IMG/VR virus record: IMGVR_UViG_3300042452_000572
DNA length: 20,000 nt
From: an uncultured virus (IMG/VR IMGVR_UViG_3300042452_000572)
Taxonomy: Duplodnaviria; Heunggongvirae; Uroviricota; Caudoviricetes
Reading direction: 5' to 3' (one strand)
How positions within the stretch are numbered: the first letter of the stretch is position 1; each line of letters opens with the position of its first letter. The position numbers and the translations under genes are program-made. Under the pieces are notes generated by a model, which had not been told where the DNA came from, searched no databases, and saw nothing but the letters and a program-made list of their open reading frames with translations. Positions 1 to 10,184 of this stretch are shown piece after piece.

Positions 1-3000
1 TCAATAAGTCAGAATGTTTTTTGAAACCTGCAATATGTGCCAAACTGTCAACAGGTTCACTCCAACTACTAATACCAACTTTACTTTTTAATGAATATGC
101 AAACTGTTGATAGTAATCACTATCTTGTATTCTTTGGAAAAAGTCATTAAGTTTGCCAGTATCTTTTTCCCATCCAAAATCTTTCGATATGGTTGAATTT
201 ACATCAAAGTATCCAGAATAATCTTGCATACTTTCGATAATGCCAGAAGATCCAGAAGTTCTTCCCCTTAACAGATCTCCAGTGTTTAATCCAACAAGAC
301 TATTAACTCTTAAAACATTGGTTACTGGATCATTTCCAGAAATAACATTCACAGATGAATTATTTGTATATACTTCTTCACCATTGAAAAATTCACCTTC
401 TTTAAGAGTAATAGTGAATGTAGCTAGATTTTTTACATTAGAAACGGATCCATATTGTTGTCCATCGTGAATACCTGGGTCTTCATCTACAGAATATGAA
501 ATCGTTGCCTGATTAATTAATCCAAATGCAGTATTAACACCAGTAATAGTCCAATAGCGATATCCATATTCTGAAGAATTGTATCCTTTACCAGTAGAAA
601 CTCCAATATTTTCTACAAATATTTGGTCTCCAACTGCAAATGGCAAAGGATTACTTGTAGTAAATCCTGATGTAGGTGTTTGAAGTCTTAATGTAACATT
701 TGGAGATGAATAAGTGGCACTAATAATTCCAACACCATTTGTATTATTAATTGCAATAGCATCATTGTCAGTGCTCTTAAGATTTCCACCAGAATTAATA
801 ATACTTACAGATCCAACACTACTTCCAGATAATGAAGCAACAATACTTACTTGGGTATTGATAGTGTCTGTTTCTCTATTGTAAACAATTACATCTGGAG
901 CAGTTAAGTATTTTGAACCAGTTGATGTAATTGCAACAGTATCAACACTATAATTATCTTTCAATAGTATTACTTGTGGAACTGATGCTTGTGGTTGTAG
1001 TGTTTTATCTGATGGATAATCATATCCAAAGTCAAGAATTTGAACACTATCAATAGCACCAACTTTTGATCCCTGTGCTCTTAACACAGCAGAAGATCCT
1101 GTTGTCGATGCTACTGATACTGATGGCAATGATTTATAATTTTTTCCACCATCTAAAATATCAATCTTTGCAATTGATCCTTTGGTGTGTGTGGAATTGG
1201 TAATATAATTGATATAAGAAGCACTAGTATACCCTACTCTTTCGGGTATTTCAAATACATTGAATGTAAATGATTGATTTGTGGTTGTTGTTAATGAATG
1301 AGTGCCAGTGAATTTACTTGCATGAACGACTATTTTTGAATAATCATTAACATCTTTATTGACTTCAATTATTTTCGTTGATGTCTGTGATGTAAACTTA
1401 TAGTATAGAACTGGTGGAACTTGTTCAGTAAAATGAATGGTTGTTTTTGCTGATGTAATTCCTGGTGCAAACTGATTTGTAATTTCTAAAGATGAAACAC
1501 CAGATCCAACAAACTTTTTATTGTAATCTTGATCTAAGAAAAATTCTAGTCTAGAATTCAATAAACTTGCATGGGAAACATCAAACTCCAAATAATCTCC
1601 AGTTGTTACATCAAGTCTAGGATTTATTGAAGAACCAATACTTATAAATCTGGTAACAGGATCATATAAAGTAGATATTGAACTCGTAGCAGTAGAAACA
1701 ACTGTAAAATCAATTATATCATCGGGTCTTAATCTATGAGAAGATGCTGTGGATACAACAACATCTACTGTCTTTACACTAGATGAAACAGTATTTCTTC
1801 TTGTTGTAAATGAATGACTATTTCCGATACCAATATTTCCATTAAAGAAAACCCTTGACAAATCGGAATTAATTCCAGTTTTTACGTTTGTAAGTGCAAT
1901 TAAATCTTTTGTAAGTTTTTGCACATACATTTTAGATGGCATTGGAGAAGTCGTGCTTCCATCCAATGAATATGTTAATGAAGTACCAGCTCCAGGACTA
2001 TAAAATACCTCTTCACCATGAATTAATGGATTATCTGGTAAGAAAATACTTCTCGTTGGAATAAAAATTGACTTTTGACTATTTCCTGCACCAATATAAG
2101 AAATAGTTGTACCAATACCAACACCATAAGATAATCCCACACCAACAGAAGATGAAGCATCAAAAAATACAACTTCATTTTTTGGCGTCGATAATGAAAC
2201 TATCTTATCGAGTTCATAAGTAAATTCTTTTTCAAGACGAACAATCTCAGCACGATTTGTATGTGCAGCACCTGTTGTTCCATTATAATTTCTCAATAAG
2301 TTCAATTTATTATTTGCCTTATCAATTCCCATAATTAGGAATTGCTCACTATCAATCTTCAAAATATCATTTACAGAAAACTTGGATGCAAGATCTGTAA
2401 TTTGAATACTAGTTGTAAGACCAGTCGCTAGCATAGATGTTGCTAGACCTGATGTAAGACGATTTACATTAATTCTAAATGTTCCAGTTAAATTATTGAA
2501 TGATGTAGATGATATACCAACAACACTTACATAAGATCCATCAACCAAATTGTGTGGAACTGTTGATATCGCAGTTACTGAGTTATTGTTGCATACTAAA
2601 GTAATATTACTTAAAGTTGTTATAGAAGAAGTAATATTTGTTACAGCTACGCCAACGATTTTTGATACCTTAGCAATAGCACCAAATCCAGAAGTATTTT
2701 TATTATTGAATACAACTCTATCTCCAACGTTATAATCAACACCACTTTCTACAATATTAATTTTTTCAACACTACCGCTCTTTACATTTAAGATTTTAGA
2801 TTGTGTGGTAGTATTTTTATTAGAATTTGAAATAAATTCATATCCATTGCTAATTTTATATGCATCAGTATTTCTGACCAAATTCAATGAAAGTGGATCA
2901 ATATCTTGAGTTGAATTGTATGCATAATTGAAAACACTTGGAGTAAAGTTATAGTAATTGCCAATCACATATGGGAATACTGGTTGTCTTACTCCATTAA

Positions 3001-6000
3001 AAGGACTTCCATTATCGTTAACAACAGATGATGAAACTGTTGTATAGTATGCATATACACCATTTGGATACTCTGGTGTTATTGCAAAGCGACCATTGTA
3101 CTCATCTAAATCACCACTACCCTGGACGTAATTAAAGTCCTCGACGAAAAATCCAGCTGGATATTGTGAAATGTTTGGACCATCAACTCTTGATCCAGAA
3201 ATTTTTGCATAACTTGACTGTAAGTACTTTAATGATCCAGTTCCATCATAATTTGTAAAAGCATATGGACCATAGATAGGACTTCCATCATATGCATATC
3301 CTAAAATTGGAGAATGCTGAATTCCACTGTCATTTAAGAAAGATCTTAAATTTCTTGGAACATAATAGTTGACGTAAGGATTGCCGAGTTTAGTATTTCT
3401 TACGGTCTCATAAAAACCATCATCAGATTTGACATCACCAATCTTTGCATATCTTTCAACTTGATTAACTGTCCACTCTTTTAAATTGGATGAGAATATT
3501 GCACCTTGTCCTGGAGTAGATGCAGTAACTGTTGTTCCATTCGTAGTATATCCTGCTCCTTGGTCAATAATATCAATGCTTACAATTTGACCATTTGCAA
3601 CGTTTGCTTTTGCCTTTGCACCAACACCATCACCTTCAATAATAATATCAGGAACACTAAAATAGTTTGATCCACCACTTTTTACAATAATACTATCAAG
3701 TCTACCATTTATAATTAATGGTTTTAGTGAAGCATTAGAACCTTCAATAATTCTGATTTCTGGTTTATAGTTATCATTGATGATTGTCGATCCAAAATCA
3801 CTACCACCATCCTTTACATGGACCGCAGATATAGATCCTCTAACGATTGGTGTTACAGTCGCATTTGCTGTAGTTATACCTTGTGGACCATTTAAAGTTA
3901 CTACAATTGGCGGATAATTGAATACATGATATCCAGATCCAACACTACTTAGTCCAACATAATTTGTTAGACTGGTAGAGATAGAAACTCTAAACTGATC
4001 TTCATTAATTTTTATTGCATAGTATTTGGTTGTCGTGCTTAATCCGCCAATTGATAGACCTGTTGTAGAATACTTTAACTCTTCTCCAGAACTATATCCG
4101 TGATTATTGATTGTAATTACATCTGTAAAGGTATTAATACCAACAGGAGTTGTTGTATTTTCTCGGTTATAGAATGTGCCGTTTTCAATAATATAAACTT
4201 TATCTACTTTTAGTCTTCTTTCCTTTGTCGAAAATGCATGAAAACCTTGACCATTAGAAGTGATATCTAATGTTGCAATTCCAGCAAGGGCTTTTTGCCT
4301 TGTTTCCGCCAATGAAATGGTGTAATCATTGTTCTTTATAACATAATACGAAGACCCATTGATAAGCGTCCCTGGAGCGGTTCCAAGACCGATTGGAGTT
4401 GTTCCACGAGTATTATAAACAATTTCCTCACCATGCTTAAATCCATGTGCTTCTGGGAAAGTAATTTTGTCAGTAACAGTATCTACAATTCCACCAGTAC
4501 TAGTGCTATCAAAGTCTACCTGATGGGAGACTAATTTCATCTTTGCTTCTGCACTAGCAGAACCATTTCCTCCAGAGATATAGACAGTTGGTGTGGTAGT
4601 ATAATCTAAACCTTCAGTATCAACAAGAATTTCTTGAATTGATCCAGATACGTGTGTAATTACTGAAGAACCTGCACCAGAGTGTCCATCTTGATAAACT
4701 GAAAGTCTTGGTGGGTTAATTACGTCAAAGTTACTGCCTTCATTGAGGACACTAACTGATTGAATTGGACCATAATAAACTTTGTCTGTTGACTTATAAG
4801 AATAAATTTCAACACCGTTAACAAATAATCCAACTCCTCCTTGAATAGTTGCAGATTTAGTCTCGCTATATTCAGGAACAGGAAACTTTCTTAATAACTT
4901 TTGTGCTCCAATTGTAGAAAATCCTACGTTGTATGGTGTTAATGAATGTGTGGTAATTCCAGATAAATCTCCAGATCCAAATATAGAAATATATTGACCC
5001 CTACGAGCATTCTCTAATGAATATGCAAGAGAAATTGTATTGTCATCGATCTTACGAATATAATATGACTGATTAGTGCTTAATCCAGATACTGCACCGT
5101 TTGTACCTGATGGTTTATATACTACAAGTTCACCATCATTAAAATGATGATCGGTAATTGAAATTTCTGTAAATGTTGTAACTCCAGATGTAGTGAAGTT
5201 TCTAATTCTCTTTTGAGGATTTATATTCCAATGTGGAATGCTATTAGAAGCAACATAAACAGTGTCACCAGATGAATATGTATTTTGAATATCTGCTGTA
5301 TAATCTTTGTTTGTCTTTAATTGCCTTCTTATAAAATATTTTTTGGATAAATCTAAAGATGCACAATTAACTTGGATAGTTTTATTATTAATAATTTGTA
5401 ATATTGTGCCTACAGTAATATTATTGTCTTCATCTACGATATCAAGAGTATCTCCAACATAAAGAACATGAGTTGAGAAAAAAGTAAACTCATATACATT
5501 AGAACCCAAAGAATTGATTTTATCAATAATATACTTTGTTGATGTGTTGTATATCCATGAAGTAAATCTTGTATCTTTTTGCTCTATACCTAGAGTAGAT
5601 ACATTAATGCTGCTTCCTTCTTGTTGATTTAATGCACTACCATTAAAATTATTAATTGTTCCTACAATGTTTAGATAAACTGGATTATCTAGATTTCCAT
5701 CTTCGTAAGAATATGCTTGAAGACCATACGCAAAAACAGTAGACCCAATTCCTACTGATGTTGTAATACCAGAAACACCTAAGAATTGGGTATAGTTTTT
5801 ATCTGTGTAACTTAACTGTAAGTCTTCATATGTAAGATCTCCTGTTGTACCAAATCCGACTGTACTATCAACATTGATGATTGTAGATCCAGTACCAGAT
5901 GCTTTAGTAACAAATGTTTTTCCTACCTGGAGAAACTTCCCGAGTGTAGTTCCTTTAGAAATGGCAATTTTATAGTATGTTTTACCATCTATGATTGCCT

Positions 6001-6835
6001 TTTCAACATTATAAATTGATCCACTAGTTTGAAGTGGTGTTGTATTTTGAAATAGTGTTTGTCCTTCAATTTTAATTGGGTTACCACTGACAACTTCACA
6101 AACTAATACATCATTTTTAATATAATCAGCATCTGACGGTTTAATTACAAATTTTTGAGGTTGAACCATTTCAACCTGTTCAGCATACAATGCTTTGAAG
6201 AGAATTTTGAATGCTTCTTCTGTTCCTTTAGATTTATAGAAATCTTTTGCTTGTCTAATGAAATTGCTTTCGTTTAAATCACCATATAGATTTCTATTTT
6301 CAAATCCTGGAAGAACTAATGTCTTTAATTTTTTTAAAAATTCATTAAGAAAGACATTACTGAGATTTTCAACTCGTGCATTTGATGCATGGGTTGAAAT
6401 ACCACTGGAAGTGAATGTTAGATACTCTGGTTGATTGGTTTTGGTATTTTTTTCAATACCACTAAATCCACGAACACACCCAGTAAATGATGTAGACCCA
6501 ATACCAGTATAAGTGATGATTTCATCATCAATTTTTAGTAGACCCCATTGTGCTGGCCAACCATCTGTTGATTTTACATAAATGGTTTCATCAACGCCAC
6601 TGATGTATGATGTTAGGGATGTAAATCCAATTAAATTTCTTGTGTTTAGATAATCTAATCCTTTATATTCGACTAGATTGTCTGCAATATCAACAGGACC
6701 TCCCTGATACTCCTGCGAGTAATAATATTGCCTTAAAAATTCTCCAAAATAAGGATTTTCGACATCAATGTATTCAGGGATTTGGCTCTGAATAATTTCA
6801 TTGATTTTGACTTTGGATAGGGAGGTTTCGATCAT
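1..6835 (-). CDS. gp7: Giant baseplate wedge protein, T4 gp7-like / cyanophage VrlC-like structural protein; >2278 aa, 3' end outside the window
   Basis: ATG at 6835, 3 nt after the gp6 stop: MIETSLSKVKINEIIQSQIPEYIDVENPYFGEFLRQYYYSQEYQGGPVDIADNL. The same frame at the left edge reads QRIQDSDYYQQFAYSLKSKVGISSWSEPVDSLAHIAGFKKHSDLL, resembling the gp7 C-terminal YQxFxY...W...V...HxxG motif. Frame matches at both ends and at many internal spot checks; not every codon checked. Synteny gp25-gp6-gp7. Confidence 0.82.
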   Translation of the reverse strand, partial: MIETSLSKVKINEIIQSQIPEYIDVENPYFGEFLRQYYYSQEYQGGPVDIADNLVEYKGLDYLNTRNLIGFTSLTSYISGVDETIYVKSTDGWPAQWGLLKIDDEIITYTGIGSTSFTGCVRGFSGIEKNTKTNQPEYLTFTSSGISTHASNARVENLSNVFLNEFLKKLKTLVLPGFENRNLYGDLNESNFIRQAKDFYKSKGTEEAFKILFKALYAEQVEMVQPQKFVIKPSDADYIKNDVLVCEVVSGNPIKIEGQTLFQNTTPLQTSGSIYNVEKAIIDGKTYYKIAISKGTTLGKFLQVGKTFVTKASGTGSTIINVDSTVGFGTTGDLTYEDLQLSYTDKNYTQFLGVSGITTSVGIGSTVFAYGLQAYSYEDGNLDNPVYLNIVGTINNFNGSALNQQEGSSINVSTLGIEQKDTRFTSWIYNTSTKYIIDKINSLGSNVYEFTFFSTHVLYVGDTLDIVDEDNNITVGTILQIINNKTIQVNCASLDLSKKYFIRRQLKTNKDYTADIQNTYSSGDTVYVASNSIPHWNINPQKRIRNFTTSGVTTFTEISITDHHFNDGELVVYKPSGTNGAVSGLSTNQSYYIRKIDDNTISLAYSLENARRGQYISIFGSGDLSGITTHSLTPYNVGFSTIGAQKLLRKFPVPEYSETKSATIQGGVGLFVNGVEIYSYKSTDKVYYGPIQSVSVLNEGSNFDVINPPRLSVYQDGHSGAGSSVITHVSGSIQEILVDTEGLDYTTTPTVYISGGNGSASAEAKMKLVSHQVDFDSTSTGGIVDTVTDKITFPEAHGFKHGEEIVYNTRGTTPIGLGTAPGTLINGSSYYVIKNNDYTISLAETRQKALAGIATLDITSNGQGFHAFSTKERRLKVDKVYIIENGTFYNRENTTTPVGINTFTDVITINNHGYSSGEELKYSTTGLSIGGLSTTTKYYAIKINEDQFRVSISTSLTNYVGLSSVGSGYHVFNYPPIVVTLNGPQGITTANATVTPIVRGSISAVHVKDGGSDFGSTIINDNYKPEIRIIEGSNASLKPLIINGRLDSIIVKSGGSNYFSVPDIIIEGDGVGAKAKANVANGQIVSIDIIDQGAGYTTNGTTVTASTPGQGAIFSSNLKEWTVNQVERYAKIGDVKSDDGFYETVRNTKLGNPYVNYYVPRNLRSFLNDSGIQHSPILGYAYDGSPIYGPYAFTNYDGTGSLKYLQSSYAKISGSRVDGPNISQYPAGFFVEDFNYVQGSGDLDEYNGRFAITPEYPNGVYAYYTTVSSSVVNDNGSPFNGVRQPVFPYVIGNYYNFTPSVFNYAYNSTQDIDPLSLNLVRNTDAYKISNGYEFISNSNKNTTTQSKILNVKSGSVEKINIVESGVDYNVGDRVVFNNKNTSGFGAIAKVSKIVGVAVTNITSSITTLSNITLVCNNNSVTAISTVPHNLVDGSYVSVVGISSTSFNNLTGTFRINVNRLTSGLATSMLATGLTTSIQITDLASKFSVNDILKIDSEQFLIMGIDKANNKLNLLRNYNGTTGAAHTNRAEIVRLEKEFTYELDKIVSLSTPKNEVVFFDASSSVGVGLSYGVGIGTTISYIGAGNSQKSIFIPTRSIFLPDNPLIHGEEVFYSPGAGTSLTYSLDGSTTSPMPSKMYVQKLTKDLIALTNVKTGINSDLSRVFFNGNIGIGNSHSFTTRRNTVSSSVKTVDVVVSTASSHRLRPDDIIDFTVVSTATSSISTLYDPVTRFISIGSSINPRLDVTTGDYLEFDVSHASLLNSRLEFFLDQDYNKKFVGSGVSSLEITNQFAPGITSAKTTIHFTEQVPPVLYYKFTSQTSTKIIEVNKDVNDYSKIVVHASKFTGTHSLTTTTNQSFTFNVFEIPERVGYTSASYINYITNSTHTKGSIAKIDILDGGKNYKSLPSVSVASTTGSSAVLRAQGSKVGAIDSVQILDFGYDYPSDKTLQPQASVPQVILLKDNYSVDTVAITSTGSKYLTAPDVIVYNRETDTINTQVSIVASLSGSSVGSVSIINSGGNLKSTDNDAIAINNTNGVGIISATYSSPNVTLRLQTPTSGFTTSNPLPFAVGDQIFVENIGVSTGKGYNSSEYGYRYWTITGVNTAFGLINQATISYSVDEDPGIHDGQQYGSVSNVKNLATFTITLKEGEFFNGEEVYTNNSSVNVISGNDPVTNVLRVNSLVGLNTGDLLRGRTSGSSGIIESMQDYSGYFDVNSTISKDFGWEKDTGKLNDFFQRIQDSDYYQQFAYSLKSKVGISSWSEPVDSLAHIAGFKKHSDLL

Positions 6836-6838
6836 CTG

Positions 6839-8719
6839 TTATCTTGTTTTCTTACCGTTTTGATAGCTTGATTGAATATCAAATCTTGTTCCTGAAGTAT
6901 TTGCACCTGAAGAGATGCTATCTTGCTTCATGTAGAAATTGCTCTTAGAAACATCTAATTGCAAATACAATTCCTTTCTCGCTAAAACATCATTTGATAG
7001 CGGAATTGCTTGAACTTCAATAATATTGTCTGCTAAACTGGTTGATGTAATATTTACAGTATCTATAAGGATTTCACCAGTGCTATAATTGACTGTTCCA
7101 AATTTGGTTGATAAAATATTCGTCTCTTCATCGGAAAGAATTTGGAAAAGGAAAAGATTTCCGATATTAGATCCATTTACGACTTCATCAGAAAAATAAC
7201 ATGTACCATCTATACCAAATACGCTAAATCCTGTACTCTTGACATTATAATTTTTCTTACCTGTATAGAATTCATTATCAAAACACAATTCATATTGTGC
7301 AGGTTGATTTATACGTGCAACAAGATCTCTTCTAATCCTTACTGTTGTAATATTTGAAGTAATAGCAGTATTGACGTTATCAATTAGTGAACAGGTTTTA
7401 CTATATTTAAATCTTCCCCCAAATTGGTTCATTTCTGAACTTCTAGCATAAGAAGTAATTGCAGAAATAACATCAGTTTTCAGATTATTTGGATCACCAA
7501 CGAAATTTGCGTTATAGTAAACATAACTGTCAATTTCTACATAAAGATACTTTAAGTCCTCAAACTGAGGAACAATTCCAGCAACAGAATAGTTCTTTAA
7601 GGATTGTAAAAGTTGCTTTTTAGTGAAATCTGATAAGAAAGATCCATTTCTTGGTTTAGCAGCAATAAAAACTCGTCCATATTGGGGTGGAGTTAGATCT
7701 TCTCCACCATAAGCACTCACACTTTCAATATTTGGATACAATGTTGGTAAAATTGCCTCATAATCACTTGCAGTTACTGCTCTATGCTGAGATGAATACA
7801 GTCTAGGAGCAAAGTATTTGACACTTTCGACAGGTTCTATCTCATCTCCGTTTTCAGATGGTACTTGTGCTGTTAAATCAGCGGCAAATGAGGTTATATT
7901 TGCGTTATTTTCATCAAAAATTGTTCCAGCAAACCTAAAATCAGTTACTCCATTACCATCTTTACCATTTGTCTTAATGTAAGATGCAGTAATTACGTTT
8001 CCTGACTGTAATTTCTTACCAAAAACACCATCACCAAACAAAATTTCGTATTTTTCGTCTGTAGTTTCTTGGATTAAGTAAATATTTGACGTAGAAGTAA
8101 TACCGAGGATATTATCAACTAGTTGATGCTCAGTAAAAGTTGTATCTGTGGATGTATTTTTTACCTTTATACGCAAAGTTGACGTATCAACGCTGTCATT
8201 TGGGATAATATAACGCTGATTTGGTTGAGAATTGTTAACTGTCCAAGAATTTTCTAAATATTGACCTTGATAAATTTCTAAACTACCAAAAGAAGACCCA
8301 TTTTGCGCTGCTACGGTAACTTTTTCTGGTAGAGAAAAGATAAAATTGACATCCGAAACACTTCCATTCGCAACAACCCCTGGTTGGAATGAAATTGTGT
8401 CTGTTGTTGTAGAAATTCCACTAACAAAAAAGTCTACAGTTGCTTTTGCAGCGCGTTTTGATCGTGGTACATATCCAATATTACGTGCAAGAGATACAAC
8501 GTTCTCACGCAAAGTGGCGGAATCAATAAAAGTTTCATTCACCACCATGTTTGTATTGTAGGCGGTGATATAAGAATTATATGCAAGCAAATTTATGATG
8601 ACTGAAAGATTAGATCCTTCAAAGTCATAGTCTGTAAAGTTTGTATTTGCTCTTAGATAATCCTTAATTGAGGATTTTATATCCTCAAAATTTAAATTTG
8701 TAAATTGTGTTAGTGCCAT
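6839..8719 (-). CDS. gp6: Baseplate wedge subunit, T4 gp6-like
   Basis: 626 aa; LNFEDIKSSIKDYLR..FTDYDFEGSNLS..LLAYN, FGDGVFGKK, RAVTASDY, SAYGGE motifs typical of gp6; TAATG overlap with gp25. Confidence 0.93.
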   Translation of the reverse strand: MALTQFTNLNFEDIKSSIKDYLRANTNFTDYDFEGSNLSVIINLLAYNSYITAYNTNMVVNETFIDSATLRENVVSLARNIGYVPRSKRAAKATVDFFVSGISTTTDTISFQPGVVANGSVSDVNFIFSLPEKVTVAAQNGSSFGSLEIYQGQYLENSWTVNNSQPNQRYIIPNDSVDTSTLRIKVKNTSTDTTFTEHQLVDNILGITSTSNIYLIQETTDEKYEILFGDGVFGKKLQSGNVITASYIKTNGKDGNGVTDFRFAGTIFDENNANITSFAADLTAQVPSENGDEIEPVESVKYFAPRLYSSQHRAVTASDYEAILPTLYPNIESVSAYGGEDLTPPQYGRVFIAAKPRNGSFLSDFTKKQLLQSLKNYSVAGIVPQFEDLKYLYVEIDSYVYYNANFVGDPNNLKTDVISAITSYARSSEMNQFGGRFKYSKTCSLIDNVNTAITSNITTVRIRRDLVARINQPAQYELCFDNEFYTGKKNYNVKSTGFSVFGIDGTCYFSDEVVNGSNIGNLFLFQILSDEETNILSTKFGTVNYSTGEILIDTVNITSTSLADNIIEVQAIPLSNDVLARKELYLQLDVSKSNFYMKQDSISSGANTSGTRFDIQSSYQNGKKTR

Positions 8720-9123
8720 TATAGTCTAGTTGGTTCTAAGATAAAGGTAACTGTCTGTGTAGGCGTTGATAAACCAACTATGTCATAAGATATTGTGACT
8801 TCTAGAGCATTATTATCAGGATCTGGATCAACTTCAACGCTTTTTAGTACAACTCTTGGCTCAAAGTTTGTAATAACAGTTTCAATTTCTGTTTTTATTG
8901 GAGCAGTAAAATCGCTTGTTGCTAATTCAAATAGTGCTCCACTAATTCTAGTGCCAATTAGATTGTTAAAAAAGACCTCTCCAACTTGAATTCTTACTAA
9001 ATTTTGAACAGAACGCTTGATTGCATCCTCATTTTTTAGAGGAAGGATATCATTTGTAACTGGATGACGTTTCATTGACAATGAAATGTCTTTGAAACCT
9101 CTAGAAATTTTTTGAAGAGGCAC
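8719..9123 (-). CDS. gp25: Baseplate wedge subunit gp25 (GPW/gp25 family, tail sheath initiator)
   Basis: 134 aa, GTG start; FKDISLS..HPVTNDI...NEDAIKRSVQNL..GE..F...G...LFE...I..FEPRV motifs; directly upstream of gp6. Confidence 0.92.
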   Translation of the reverse strand: MPLQKISRGFKDISLSMKRHPVTNDILPLKNEDAIKRSVQNLVRIQVGEVFFNNLIGTRISGALFELATSDFTAPIKTEIETVITNFEPRVVLKSVEVDPDPDNNALEVTISYDIVGLSTPTQTVTFILEPTRL

Positions 9124-9141
9124 TTTTTATAGGATCTTCGT

Positions 9142-9282
9142 TTATTTATTCGTATTTATAGGCATTCCATAACTGGGTTCTGTTCCATATTCCCAGTCAT
9201 TATAATCCTCATCATTACGAATTTTTTCATGAAGTTTGTTCTGAATGATTAAATTGTGAGTTTTTTGCTCCTGAAATTCCAT
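9142..9282 (-). CDS. Small hypothetical protein, 46 aa
   Basis: Hand translation MEFQEQKTHNLIIQNKLHEKIRNDEDYNDWEYGTEPSYGMPINTNK*; fills the gap on the coding strand; the DWEYGTEP motif resembles small ORFs I recall upstream of cyanophage gp25 (unverified). Confidence 0.65.
   Translation of the reverse strand: MEFQEQKTHNLIIQNKLHEKIRNDEDYNDWEYGTEPSYGMPINTNK
9153..9160 (-). promoter_or_regulatory. T4-type late promoter (TATAAATA) for gp25-gp6-gp7
   Basis: + strand tatttata at 9153-9160 = TATAAATA on minus, ~30 nt upstream of the gp25 GTG; a second AATAAATA at 9143-9150. Confidence 0.75.
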
Positions 9283-9332
9283 TTTAGTATCTGATTGTGA
9301 TTAATCAGAACTTTTATAGCGGTTTCTATCGC

Positions 9333-9956
9333 TCAATTTTTCACTTCATACATGAAATCATCTGAAGTTTCAATTTTTCTTAAATTCTCAACTGAATATT
9401 CAGTTAGATCAATTATATATCCTGGATTTTTAGTAATTCTATTCTTTGTCCATGCATCATCATACCAAATAATTTTATTATTTGGATAAGCATAAAAATT
9501 TCCATTATCCATTTTAAAGAAATGGGCACATTTATGCTCGGGTGTTTCACTAAAATTGGTATTCAAAGTAGATTTTGATTCCCATGACCAATCTAATGTA
9601 AACATATATGTTCCCTGATTTTTTTCTCCACGAAAATTAATAAGATCTGCACGTAAGTTTGCAAGTCTTGAACGAACTTGTACGTCGATATATGGAGAAA
9701 AACAATCCCACCACATACACTCTTCAAGTTTTGGAATGGGTGCGTCTGGTTTCCAGCAGAAAGCATGTATTGGTCTTCTTGTCCAATTTACGCCATTTTC
9801 TAAGTATGCTTCAAAAAGAGGAACATGCTTTTCCAACGAAGCAACTGAATGCACATCACATAAAGTTACTTCCCCAAATCCCTTTGTATGATTAAAAAGA
9901 AATTCATTACGAATGTAACAAGTGAAAGTAGGTAAATTGTGATTTAGATATGCCAT
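9333..9956 (-). CDS. Hypothetical phage protein, 207 aa
   Basis: Long ORF on the coding strand; MAYLNHNLP..RNEFL..WWDCFS..YMFTLDW..PEHKCAH..GNFYAYPNN looks like a conserved T4-like cyanophage protein of unknown function. Confidence 0.8.
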   Translation of the reverse strand: MAYLNHNLPTFTCYIRNEFLFNHTKGFGEVTLCDVHSVASLEKHVPLFEAYLENGVNWTRRPIHAFCWKPDAPIPKLEECMWWDCFSPYIDVQVRSRLANLRADLINFRGEKNQGTYMFTLDWSWESKSTLNTNFSETPEHKCAHFFKMDNGNFYAYPNNKIIWYDDAWTKNRITKNPGYIIDLTEYSVENLRKIETSDDFMYEVKN

Positions 9957-9990
9957 AAAAACAAAAAAGACAGGAGATATTTCCTGTCTT
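9957..9990 (-). terminator. Rho-independent terminator
   Basis: Perfect 9-bp stem aagacagga (9967-9975) / tcctgtctt (9982-9990), 6-nt loop, followed on minus strand by TTTTGTTTTT. Confidence 0.75.
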
Positions 9991-9999
9991 ATGTATGTG

Positions 10000-10134
10000 T
10001 TATTTTGTATATGTTGATAATAATTTATCTATAGTGATAGAAGCATCAGTCAATTTTATCACTGCTGATGTTACCATCAAGGACATTAATACTGTTGATA
10101 AGCATATTCTATTTTCTGTATGGATAAACTCCAT
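10000..10134 (-). CDS. Possible small hydrophobic protein, 44 aa
   Basis: Hand translation MEFIHTENRICLSTVLMSLMVTSAVIKLTDASITIDKLLSTYTK*; fills the gap and ends just before the terminator; no recognised family. Confidence 0.4.
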   Translation of the reverse strand: MEFIHTENRICLSTVLMSLMVTSAVIKLTDASITIDKLLSTYTK

Positions 10135-10184
10135 CTTCGATAAATGATGTGAAGTGGAATTCAAACCAACTTATTAATTACGAA

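Noticed and set aside
9290..9309. 7-bp hairpin tctgatt/aatcaga upstream of the 46-aa ORF
   Set aside because: AT-rich weak stem, plausible by chance.
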